Shown piece after piece: positions 19,672-29,333 of a stretch of DNA of 34,952 nt; positions within the stretch are counted from its first letter, which is position 1, and each line of letters begins with the position of its first letter. Source of the stretch: Prasinococcaceae sp. CCMP 1430 (taxonomy: Eukaryota; Plantae; Prasinodermophyta); NCBI GenBank assembly GCA_013416795.1, contig RQSC01001207.1:114350-149301 (forward strand), read 5' to 3'. The notes below the pieces were generated by a model. The model was not told the DNA's origin and ran no database searches. It was given only the letters and a program-made list of their open reading frames with translations. Both the position numbers and the translations under genes were made by a program.

Positions 19672-21099
19672 ATGTACGCTTCGTTCCCCGAGCGCGGCGT
19701 AGCAACTGCGCGCGCGCGCGCGGGTGGCGCGCGGAGCCCCCCGCCAGGTAGCGCGCGCGCAGCCCCACGAAGAGCGGCGCGCCCGGGGCGAGGGGGGGAG
19801 GCAGCGGCCGCGAAGGAGAGCGGCGCGGCGAGCGCCAAGGCGGCGTGCGCGGGCGCCACGTCGAGCGACGAGTGCGACGCGCCCTGCGTGTGGGCGTACG
19901 ACAAGTGTTTCTACAAGGAATGGGAGGAAGACAAGGGCGAGGAGGAGGACTGGGACGACTGGGATGACTGGGACGGCGAGGAGGCGGAGCGCGACGCTGA
20001 GTGCACGGGCGAGGACGCACCCGGCAAGACATGGACGCGCGGACAGTTCCATGACTGGTACGCCGAATTCGGCGGGGCCTACTGCTTCGTAGGCAAGCTG
20101 GTGGCCGACCCCGACTGGGACACGTCCAAGTGGCAGACTTGGTTCAAGGCTCTCTCGCCAGGCGGCGGGGGCGAGGCGAGGCTCGCCTCGCTCGACGACT
20201 TCAGCGACGACTTCGAGAACCAGGCGGAGTGGGCGGAGATATTCGAGGAGGACTTCATGCCCGAGCGCGACTGGGACGCCGACCAGTTTCGCGAGTTCTA
20301 CGACGAGAGCGCGGAGCTGCTCGGGTGGGACAACCCACTGCCTGAGGTGTCGTTCGCCGAGCGGCGCCGCTGGAGCCCGACCGACTGGTGGACGTGGGCG
20401 AAGGAGTGGAAGGACGACGACGAGGTGCTCGTGACGCTGCGCTGGGTGGCGCGGTTTGCGGACCTTTGGATTTGGCCAGAGGACGAATGGGAGCGCGAGG
20501 ACGACGAAGACTTCTGGCTCGAATGGGAGGAGATGCTCGGGGGCGACGAAGGCGGCGACGAACCCGAGCACTTCGACGAGAGCGACGAACTCTGGAGGGA
20601 GCTAGAGGAGCTCTGGGCGAGAGTGGGCGACCATGCCTCGCACCTGGACGATTTCGAGGGCTGGCTGTCGGCGGTCGAGGAGAGCGTGGAGCAGGGCGAC
20701 GAGCGCACAAGAACATGGCTCGAGGCGCTTGTACATGCAGCGGAGGAACATGACACTGTGCAGGAAACGCAAATATTTAGCATGCGCTCTGACGTTTTTG
20801 ACACCTCTGCGGCAAGCGGCGGCTCTATCGACATCGGGGGAGGCAGTGACGACCGCCGCCGAGAAGACAGCGGCGACACGCACATCCACATCCACACGCA
20901 CGCCGACGGAACAGACCGCACGCTACTCATCGTCATGGCAGTGCTGCTGGGCATAATTGGCAGCGCCGTTGTGGTGCTGCTGGTGCAGCGCCAGCGTGCT
21001 AGCGCGGGATACGCCCGTCACAACGCCATGCGCTCCCTGGGCGCCGCCGAAGGCATTCCGGTGGCCGATGGTGGCGGCCTGCTCGGATCCAAGGTGTGA
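19672..21099 (+). CDS. Trp/Asp/Glu-rich single-pass membrane protein of unknown function; N-terminus uncertain
   Basis: Strong codon bias from about 19800. Small Cys cluster (CAGATSSDECDAPCVWAYDKC), long W/D/E-rich region, HIHIHTH, TM helix LLIVMAVLLGIIGSAVVVLLV, short basic tail. Confidence 0.75.
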   Translation: MYASFPERGVATARARAGGARSPPPGSARAAPRRAARPGRGGEAAAAKESGAASAKAACAGATSSDECDAPCVWAYDKCFYKEWEEDKGEEEDWDDWDDWDGEEAERDAECTGEDAPGKTWTRGQFHDWYAEFGGAYCFVGKLVADPDWDTSKWQTWFKALSPGGGGEARLASLDDFSDDFENQAEWAEIFEEDFMPERDWDADQFREFYDESAELLGWDNPLPEVSFAERRRWSPTDWWTWAKEWKDDDEVLVTLRWVARFADLWIWPEDEWEREDDEDFWLEWEEMLGGDEGGDEPEHFDESDELWRELEELWARVGDHASHLDDFEGWLSAVEESVEQGDERTRTWLEALVHAAEEHDTVQETQIFSMRSDVFDTSAASGGSIDIGGGSDDRRREDSGDTHIHIHTHADGTDRTLLIVMAVLLGIIGSAVVVLLVQRQRASAGYARHNAMRSLGAAEGIPVADGGGLLGSKV

Positions 21100-21221
21100 C
21101 GGCGCGTCCGAGAAGGGCCATCGATGGGTGGCATCGCCCCCGCTCTCATACAAAAGCAATTGCACTACAACATGATCGCCGCGCGATTATGGCGCACGTG
21201 CTGGCGTGCACCACGGCCGTG

Positions 21222-24200
21222 CTAGAACTGCCGCGTGCACTCGTTGACGACCGTCATGTCGTCGATCTCATACTCAAATCCGCAGGCGCCGGTGTCCGGA
21301 AGCACCTGAGAGGCCAGCCCAATAATATCCCACGAACATGCTCCGAGTTCGGGCGCGGGCACGGAGAAGCGCTGGGAAGTAAAACAAAAAGGTCGTGCGC
21401 GAGATAGCGTCAGCAGTGATCAAAGCACGCATGCGCGCGCAGTGCTGCACGAGCTAGCCAGACGCACCATTTGCGCCCACTCTCCTATGATCGGGAACGA
21501 GCCACGCTGAAGCTGCAAGTCGACCACAGAGGCGCTCGCCGTCGTCTGGTTTGGGCCAATGAGGCCCGGGCAGCGCACGAAGAAGCGCAGGGTCGACCAT
21601 GTGGCGCACGGGTCGAACGTGGGCGCCGCCGTAGGGGCTGCGGTCGGCGCTGCAGTGGGTGCCGGAGTAGGGCTTGGTGTCGGTGCCGACGTCGGCGCGC
21701 TCGTCGGCGCACTTGTCGGCGATGGCGTCGCCGGGCGCGCCGGACACGTGTACCGAATGTCGGGGTTGTCTGCGTTGGCACATGGGTCGCAGCAGCTGCG
21801 TGCGGCGCGCGCGCGCGCGCGTGTGCGGGCGTGCGCGTAAGTGCGCCGGCCACGCATGGCATCCATCGGCAGCGGCGGATGGCGGGATGCAATGCGTGAA
21901 CATCATGCACTCCCACGAGAGCGCTTGCGCTCGGGCGCGCACTCACCAGTCGCCCGTGAGCGCGCAGAGGTCGTCGCAATAGCACACTTCAGGGGGGTCA
22001 CCGGGGCGCTGTGCGTCACAAAGCGGGCAGACGCCTCCACACGCAAAGGCCGCCGCGGGCGAGAGAGGCGGCTCAGTATCGCAGCTTGGGAAAGCGGTCG
22101 GCGAGCCCGTGGGGCTCACCGTAGGCTGGGCCGTCGGCGCGGCCGTGGGGGACGGAGTCGGTGATGGCGTCGGGCTCCCCGTGGGGCTTGCAGTCGGCGA
22201 CTCCGTGGGCGACGCGGTCGGTGAGGCTGTCGGCGCATCCGTGGGCGACTTCGTGGGTGCGGGCGTGCCAACTGGCACGGGCGGAAGCGTGCCGCCAGTG
22301 CAGATGTGATCAACCCCCGGGGCTGCTTCCAAGCCCGCGCACGAGGAGCAGCAGCAGTCGTTGAAGACCGTGCATGAGAGGTCGCATCGGCAGCTAGCGC
22401 CGCCCGAGGCGCATTCGGGGCAAGCCGGCCCGCCGGTGGATGCGCCCTCCGCCAGGCACGCCGCGAGTGCCGCGTCGCTCAGAGGCGGGCTCGTGGCGCA
22501 CGTGTTGTCATTCGGCGGCGGGGGCGGGGGCGTCGGAGGCGGCGTGGGGGCGCGCGTCGGCGCTGCTGTCGGCGTCGCCGTCGGCGTCGGCGTCGGCGAC
22601 GGTGTAGGCGCCGCTGTGGGGGCTGCAGTGGGGCTGCGTGTTGGATCCACCCCCAGCGGCCGGATCTGGAAGTAGACCGCAACCACCTGCAGCGGGTCGC
22701 GCGCGATTTCGCCGAAGGGCGTGCCGCCGCAGCCGTTCTCCCTCTGCTCGAGCGCGAACGCCGTCCCGGAGAACTGCGTCACGCGCAGCGCAACGCTGTT
22801 GTTCGTCCGCCCAGGAGTCACCGTCTCAATGTTTGCGGTAGAGCCACTGCTGTCCCAGTCCTCCTCGTGGATGGCATTGGCCGGCGGCGGCGGCGAGATG
22901 AACTCCTTCCCCACCGCCTCGCAGTGCAGCGGCGGGCTCTGGCAACACCATATTCCCTCACACGCCGAGCAGGTGTCGGGGCAGCAGTCGCCTACGCTCA
23001 CGCAGATCAGATCGCAGTAGCACTGCAGGTCGCCCTGCGGCCCTTCCTCGCCGCACTTGCCCGCGCACAGGGGCGGCGGCGGCGGCGTGGGCATTGGCGT
23101 GGGGCGAGGCGTCTGGGGCACTGTCACTGGCGCGAAGGTGGGCGAGGCGGTCGGCTGCGGCGTGGGGGCCGGCTTCGGCCTGTTGGTCGGCGAATCGGTG
23201 GGTGACTGAGTGGGGAAGCGCGTCGGCGCGTCCGTCGGACTCTTGGTTGGTTGCGGTGTGGGTCTCGGCGTCGGCGGCGGCCGCGGCCGGCGCGTAGGAG
23301 CCAGAGTCGGGGACTCGGTAGGCGAAGGCGTCGGCGACGGCGTAGGCCGACGGGTGGGCGCAGATGTGGGGACGGCGAAATTGTTCGTCACGCTGACCAG
23401 CCCATTGCCTGGCGGCACGGGTCCAATGAGCTCGCCAATGGGCGAGTTGGGAAAGTCCGCCGCCTCCTCAAGCAACGCATCGCGGATCTCGTCCGTGCTC
23501 GGGTCGAACGCTGTGCCCGCAGGATCCTCCACGATGGCGGTCACAAAGAAGAGGCCCGCTGGGTCGAAGGCGCAGAAAAGATTGATGTCGTCAAAAGCCA
23601 CGTTGTAGAGGGGGGCCAAGACCTGTCGGTGCTGCGCGGCCAACACTGCAGTACAACCCTGCGTCGAGCCCGACGGCAGCGGGGGCACCGACGGGAGCTG
23701 CGTCGGCGTGCCGCCGCTTGCGCCACCGCGCGGATCGTACGCGATGGTGATGCTCGCGGTGACGTTGACGAATGCCGTCGGAGACGCTGTGGGGACGTCT
23801 GTTGGTGAAGGGGTGGGCCTCGGCGTCGTTGGCCTCGGCGTGGGCGCGTTCGTCGGAGACAACGTCGGCAGAGGAACGGTCGGACTGCCCGCGCACGCGT
23901 CGAGGTGCGCGCGTTGGAGAGCAAGCGGGACGAGAGAACGCGCGGGCGCGCGGCGTCAGTGGGGATCATGACCATGAGCGGGCGCGACCATCCTGAGGCC
24001 ACGCGCACTCCCGCTCGGCGAACGCGCATCAAGCGCGCGCGCGCGCGCGCACCTCGGCGTCACTGGTGCCGCTGTGGATGGACTCTGCGTCGGCGAATCT
24101 GTCATGGTCGGGCTCTCGGTCGGAGGCGTCCTTGGGGGCAGCGCCGGGATGGGCTTCGTCGGAATAGGTGTCGGCCGAGGCGTCGGTGAAAGCGTCGGAG

Positions 24201-25985
24201 AGTCCGTCGGCGGCTGCGTTGGAAAGCTCGTTGGCGACGCGGTGGGCGCTGAGGTCGGCGTCGGCGTCGGCGACGGCGTCGGTGACGACGTCGGCGACGC
24301 GGTTGGCGCGGCTGTTGGCTCCGTTGCAGGAGCGGCAGTTGGCGTCGACGTTGGCAGGGCAGTGGGTGCAGCTGTCGGTCCTGACGCTGTGGGAGACGCC
24401 GTCGGTGGAGTCGTCGGCGACGCGACAGGGGATGCCGTCGGTAGAGTCGTCGGCGACGCGAACGGTGACGCCGTCGGCGGGGTCGTCGGCGACGCAGAAG
24501 GAGACGCCGTCGGTGGAGTCGTCGGTGACGCGACAGGTGATGCCGTCGGTAGAGTCGTCGGCGACGCGAACGGCGACGCCGTCGGCGGGGTCGTCGGCGA
24601 CGCAAACGGCGACGCCGTCGGTGGAGTCGTCGGTGACGCGACAGGTGATGCCGTCGGTAGAGTCGTCGGCGACGCGAACGGCGACGCCGTCGGCGGGGTC
24701 GTCGGCGACGCAAAAGGCGCCGCCGTTGGCGGCGTCGCAGGAGCCACCGTCGGCGACGCAAAAGGCGCCGCCGTTGGCGGCGTCGCAGGAGCCACCGTCG
24801 GCGACGCAAAAGGCGCCGCCGTGGGAGGCGTCGCAGGAGCCACCGTCGGCGACGCAAAAGGCGCCGCCGTTGGCGGCGTCGCAGGAGCCACCGTCGGCGA
24901 CGCAAAAGGCGCCGCCGTGGGAGGCGTCGCAGGAGCCACCGTCGGCGACGCAAAAGGCGCCGCCGTTGGCGGCGTCGCAGGAGCCGCCGTCGGCGACGCA
25001 AAAGGCGCCGCCGTTGGCGGCGTCGCAGGAGCCGCCGTCGGCGACGCAAAAGGCGCCGCCGTTGGCGGCGTCGCAGGAGCCGCCGTCGGCGACGCAAAAG
25101 GCGCCGCCGTTGGTGGCGTCGCAGGAGCCGCCGTCGGCGACGCAAAAGGCGCCGCCGTTGGCGGCGTCGCAGGAGCCGCCGTCGGCGACGCAAAAGGCGC
25201 CGCCGTGGGAGGCGTCGTAGGAGCCGCAGAAGGGGCTGCCGTCGGTGTCGTTGTGGGCGGGGGGATGCCGCACGTCACCGTTAGGTTGTATGTCCCCACC
25301 GCTCCCTCGAAGCCCGTGACCTGCACCGCATACAACAAGGATTCGCCGAGGTTGAAGGAGAAGGACGTCTGATCTTCGTTGCCGTATGTATCGTCCTCGC
25401 ACCCGTCGTCCTGACAGCCCTCGATGACGAAGCTGTCCTCGGCGCTGCTGTACAGGCGCACGCCCGTGTCGAAGGAGGTGTTGCCACACGTCTCCACAAG
25501 GCAAGCCCAGCCGTCCACGCTCGTCAGGGCCGAGAAGTCGAGCGTGTGGAAGATCGCCGGGGTGGGGGCGGTCTCGTCATAGCAGTCGGTCGTCGGAGTC
25601 GTCGGGAACTCGGCGCCGTCGGCGATCCCAGTCCCCGTGCAGCTGGGGTCGACCGTGCTCGTGTCGCCGCTCACCGCCTTGTGCGCGCGCGCGCGTGTGC
25701 ATATGTCAGAACTTGGTGTGTGTGCGTGTGTGTGCATGCGCGCGCGCGCGCATGCTCGTGTGTGCCCGTGCGCACCTTGGTGACGCCCTCGTCCTCGTCC
25801 TCGAAAATAATGGGGAGCCCCGCCTCGCCGGCATCGACGGTCCCCTCGAAGAGGCAGACGGGCTCGGGCTCGGGCGCGAGCTCCTCTGGCGTAATCTCGG
25901 AGTGGGCGACGGGCAGCGCCGCGACCCACGCCAGCAGCACCGCCGCCGCCGCCGTATGCGCCCGCGACGGCCGACTTCCTGGCTC
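21222..25985 (-). CDS. Large secreted mucin-like mosaic protein (about 1400 aa); complement(join(21222..21371,21468..21795,21947..23884,24053..25677,25776..>25940))
   Basis: Four GT-AG introns keep frame (4206 nt from GTG 25940 to TAG). Signal-peptide-like [21 protein letters not shown]-like beta domain, Pro/Thr PTxAP repeats, three somatomedin-B-like CxCDxxC...DCC units. No TM helix. No ATG after TAA 25988-25986. Confidence 0.8.
24377..24700 (-). repeat. Coding tandem array, 9 x 36 nt ([12 protein letters not shown] / [12 protein letters not shown]) with a 108-nt higher-order period
   Basis: Unit order P,L,P repeated three times, read from the translation. Confidence 0.85.
24701..25228 (-). 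repeat. Coding tandem array, 11 x 48 nt (TAAPFASPT[A/V]APATPP)
   Basis: CAAAAGGCGC recurs every 48 nt from 24711 to 25191. Confidence 0.9.
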
Positions 25986-25987
25986 TT

Positions 25988-26373
25988 ATGCGCGACGGCG
26001 TCGGTGGCGACGCGGAGGCAGCGGCCGCCGTCGTCACTGCGGGAGCTGCCTGGGACAAAGCGTACCACATCAGCCACAAAGGGCACGCGCAGAGCTTCAG
26101 CAAGGTTTCGAAGGTGTGCGCGCGTGCGTGGCTATATGAGACGTGCGCATACGCACGCGCACGCGCACGCAAGACGCGCGCCTGACGACGTTCTTGACTC
26201 TGTTCTGACGTCGAGGCTCGCCCGCTTGCCCGCGCTCGCACGCGCAGGCGTGGAGCTCTGTCCAGGCGCACGCCACGTACCTGGGTGGCCTCGACAAGAT
26301 GCCCGACGAGAAGCGCGAGATGGTGCTCGCGCTGCTCGACGAGGCCGAGGAGCTGATGAAGGGCGAGGCGTGA
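25988..26373 (+). CDS. Small orphan protein (83 aa or more); join(25988..26113,26248..26373)
   Basis: Intron GTGTGC...CTGAC...CGCAG, phase 0. Product MRDGVGG...AWDKAYHISHKGHAQSFSKVSK|AWSSVQAHATYLGGLDKMPDEKREMVLALLDEAEELMKGEA with coding-like codon use. Frame is also open upstream ([16 protein letters not shown]). Confidence 0.6.
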
Positions 26374-26637
26374 TGGCTCTCTGGTAGAAAGATCTAAGCA
26401 CGAATATAACATCGAAAGCGAGAGAGCGAGAAGCATCGAGCAAGTGTCCGACGAGGCCGCAGCGCGCCGCGGCGCTTTGAAAGTGCGCTCGCCGCCGCAC
26501 CTGCATATACTCACGCACGACCGAGCGAGCGAGCGAGCGACCGAGCGACCGAGCGAGCGAGCGAGCGCGAAGGCGCGGGTATGATACAGTGCTATTACAT
26601 CTTCCACCCACCCACGCGAGTGTTCGCGCGGCGTACA

Positions 26638-28156
26638 TCACAGCGGCACGAAGTGATGCCCGCATCTCTTGCGCCCATCGCACGCATCGTCGGTCGCGTT
26701 GCCCACTCCAGATGCCCGCGCGGCAACAAGCCTCTCGCGCAGGGGCTCCACGAGCGTGCCCATCACGGCGGCGGCCACGCCCGGCACCATGCGTATGGCC
26801 ACCGCCGGCGAACCATTCGACTCGAGCAACAACACGTCGCCGCTTTCGTCGCATATGATGTCGAGCCCAATCAGCTGGAAGGAGAGGATGCATGGCTGTG
26901 AAGATGGCGTGTGATGAGGGAGGGGCAGGGAGGGGTAAGTACAGCGCGTGCACGTGCAACGTGCATAGTCAGCGACAGGACTGCATGCACACACGTATTC
27001 GCGCGAGCGCGCGAGCGCACCTCCTCCTCCTTGCCTTGAGCATGTTCGCCGTGCCCCGTGCGTTCTGCCATCGCCGCCACAAGCACGCGCGCGGCGTCGT
27101 GCATGCCCGCCACCACACGCGCGTGCAGCGCTGCGCCGGCGACATCCCCGTGCAGCTCGCGCAGATACGCCTGCACGGCGCGCGCGCGGTCAGGTCACAG
27201 CTCGACGGTGTGCTTGCATTCGATCCGCTCGAGTGCGCGTGCCACGGGGCCGGCGGCGTCGGGCACGCGCTGGCACGCGCACGCACCTCAATGTCCTCCG
27301 AGAAGACCTCGTTCGAATCCTCGTGCTTGCCGAAGTCCTCGCCCTCTACTTGCACGCAGTGATTAGTTATGTGCGCGAATTTATCCGACAGGTCGGCGCC
27401 GGCGTATGCCCTGCCGCACACGCGTGCGACGTACTGCGAGTAGAAGAATGCCGCGCCGTCGTGGCGCACGCCAACGAGCGCACGCACGTCGAACTTGCGG
27501 CCGCCGCGGTACAGCAGAGGCCTGGCCACGTACGCCTGCACCAGCCACGTGGGCTTTGGACGCGGGCGCAGCGGGCGGCGGGAGGACGCCACGGGCGCGT
27601 CTGCGGGCGCGCCTTGCGCCTCGGCCGCGGCGTCGACGTACTGGAGCGCCTCCGCGGCTGTCTCGCACACGCAAATGCCATCGCCGTGGGCGCCGGCGGT
27701 GGGTTTGGCGATCCAGCGCACGTCGGGCGCGCCCAGCGCGGCGGCGCGGAGCGCCTCGCGCTCGTCGCCGAGGCCAGCGCCAGGCACGATGAGGTGCGTC
27801 TCCGGCAGCAGCGCAGGCTGCGCTTCCCCGAGGTGGTCGCGCAGCGCCTTGACCATCAGCGCTTTGATGGTGACACACTTGGAGCCGCGGATGTGGTTGA
27901 CGCCCACCCTCGCGTGCGCGCCGCCGTCGGCGCGCTCCGCGAGCCGCGCCCAAGGGACCTCCCAGCGCTCGACGATCACGAGGTCCGCGCGCTGCTCCGA
28001 CCCGACGCGCCGCCAGCGCGGCGACGCGCGCAGCTCCTCGAGCACCCCCGCGTACAGGCTGCTCGCCGTCTTGAAGAAGTACGCGGTGGGCTCGTCGCCG
28101 GGGGCGGAGTCCGCGGGCGGCCGCGCGGCCGCGCGCGAGGGAGATTGCGGATGAGA
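26638..28156 (-). CDS. TTL: Tubulin-tyrosine ligase (canonical TTL-like); complement(join(26638..26895,27021..27170,27287..>28100)); start unresolved
   Basis: YFFKTASSLYAGV...WRRV, NHIRGS...KALMVK, WIAKPTAGAHGDGI, QAYVARPLL...KFDVR, HITNHCVQ, KHEDSNEVF, FQLIGLD, LLESNGSPA and terminal FVPL follow vertebrate TTL motif by motif. Two phase-0 introns. Confidence 0.85.
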
Positions 28157-28515
28157 TCAAGTACGTCTCCCTCCCCTCCCCCCCCCGCCCGCCAGCTGCC
28201 AGCGCGGCGTCGCGCGGCAAGCTCGCGTGCGCACTTGTGCGTGTGCGTGTGCGCGCGTGTGCGTGTGAGCGCGCGTGGGTGCGCTGCCGCGCGCCGGCAC
28301 GCGCAGTAGACATGCGCGGCGTGCGGCGCGCAGGGCAACGCCCATCGCCCGCCGTTACGTCCCGCGGGCATTGACACGCGCGCGCGCGAGCAGCAAACTC
28401 TTTCGTGGACACGTGTATGACGCTCCATGACTCTGCCGTGTGATGAATGCGAGGACCGCGAGGTGCGACTGTAGGGCGCGAGGCTGCGAGCCTCGCACGG
28501 TGGTGAGCGCACACG

Positions 28516-28674
28516 TGCGTGTGTGTGTGTGCGTGTGTGCGTGCGCACGCGCTTGTGTGTGGAAGTGTGTGTCTGTGTGTGTGTGAGCGCGTGCCCTCAC
28601 GCACACACACACGCGCGCGCGCGCACACACACACACGCACACACACACACACACACACATGCACACACACACAT

Positions 28675-28764
<90 letters not shown>

Positions 28765-28765
28765 N

Positions 28766-28831
<66 letters not shown>
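28516..28831. repeat. Compound (TG)n/(CG)n/(CA)n microsatellite with a long (CA)n core (about 28622-28830)
   Basis: Read directly. Contains one N, so the length is unreliable. Confidence 0.95.
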
Positions 28832-28834
<3 letters not shown>

Positions 28835-29333
28835 ACCGCCAAACACGTCGCGCTTCTACCTTTCGGGGCGCGCGCACCGTCAGGCGGTGCGCTCCGATGA
28901 TGTCCACATGACACGACCGTCTCGATCTCTCTTTGAATTTGATGAGATCGCATCTGATCAGATCTGACCTGCCCGCGACAAACCCCTGTCAACGCACGCG
29001 GGCTTTTTTTTTTTTTCCTGCCGGCGTTTTGCCCCGGGCGAGTCAGGGGGTCGTCGGAGCCGTCGCAGGGACGAATCGACGGTGCCACCCGTTTACACCG
29101 GGTTTGACATCGCAGGAACCAAACAAACCAGAAAAAAAGCAGGCGTCGCTCGCATGTTGGTAGTCTCCCGTGGTTAAAAATAACGAAAATATGCACCCAA
29201 AACATCGAGATCATGCGGCCGACACGCGCTGCGCGTGAAAAAAGTGGATGCGCGCGTGCGCCTTTGCCCTTGCCTGTGCCATGAACAAACCCTGTGAAAT
29301 GTAACCCTAATAACGGCGGCGCGCCGGCGATAG

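Noticed and set aside
24377-25228. Regular repeats suggestive of a CRISPR array
   Set aside because: Units are head-to-tail with no unique spacers, are multiples of 3 and encode a P/T stalk; eukaryotic context, no cas genes.
24029-25504. Long alternative-frame ORFs (Gly/Val, poly-Arg, SATQKAPP repeats)
   Set aside because: Shadow frames of the coding repeat; only the PTAAP frame splices into a coherent protein.
28355-28967. His/Thr and Cys/Val repeat ORFs
   Set aside because: Translations of the (CA)n microsatellite.
28915-28970. GATC-rich short palindromes (ATCTGATCAGAT)
   Set aside because: Too short, with no flanking inverted repeats or target-site duplication to support a MITE or ncRNA.
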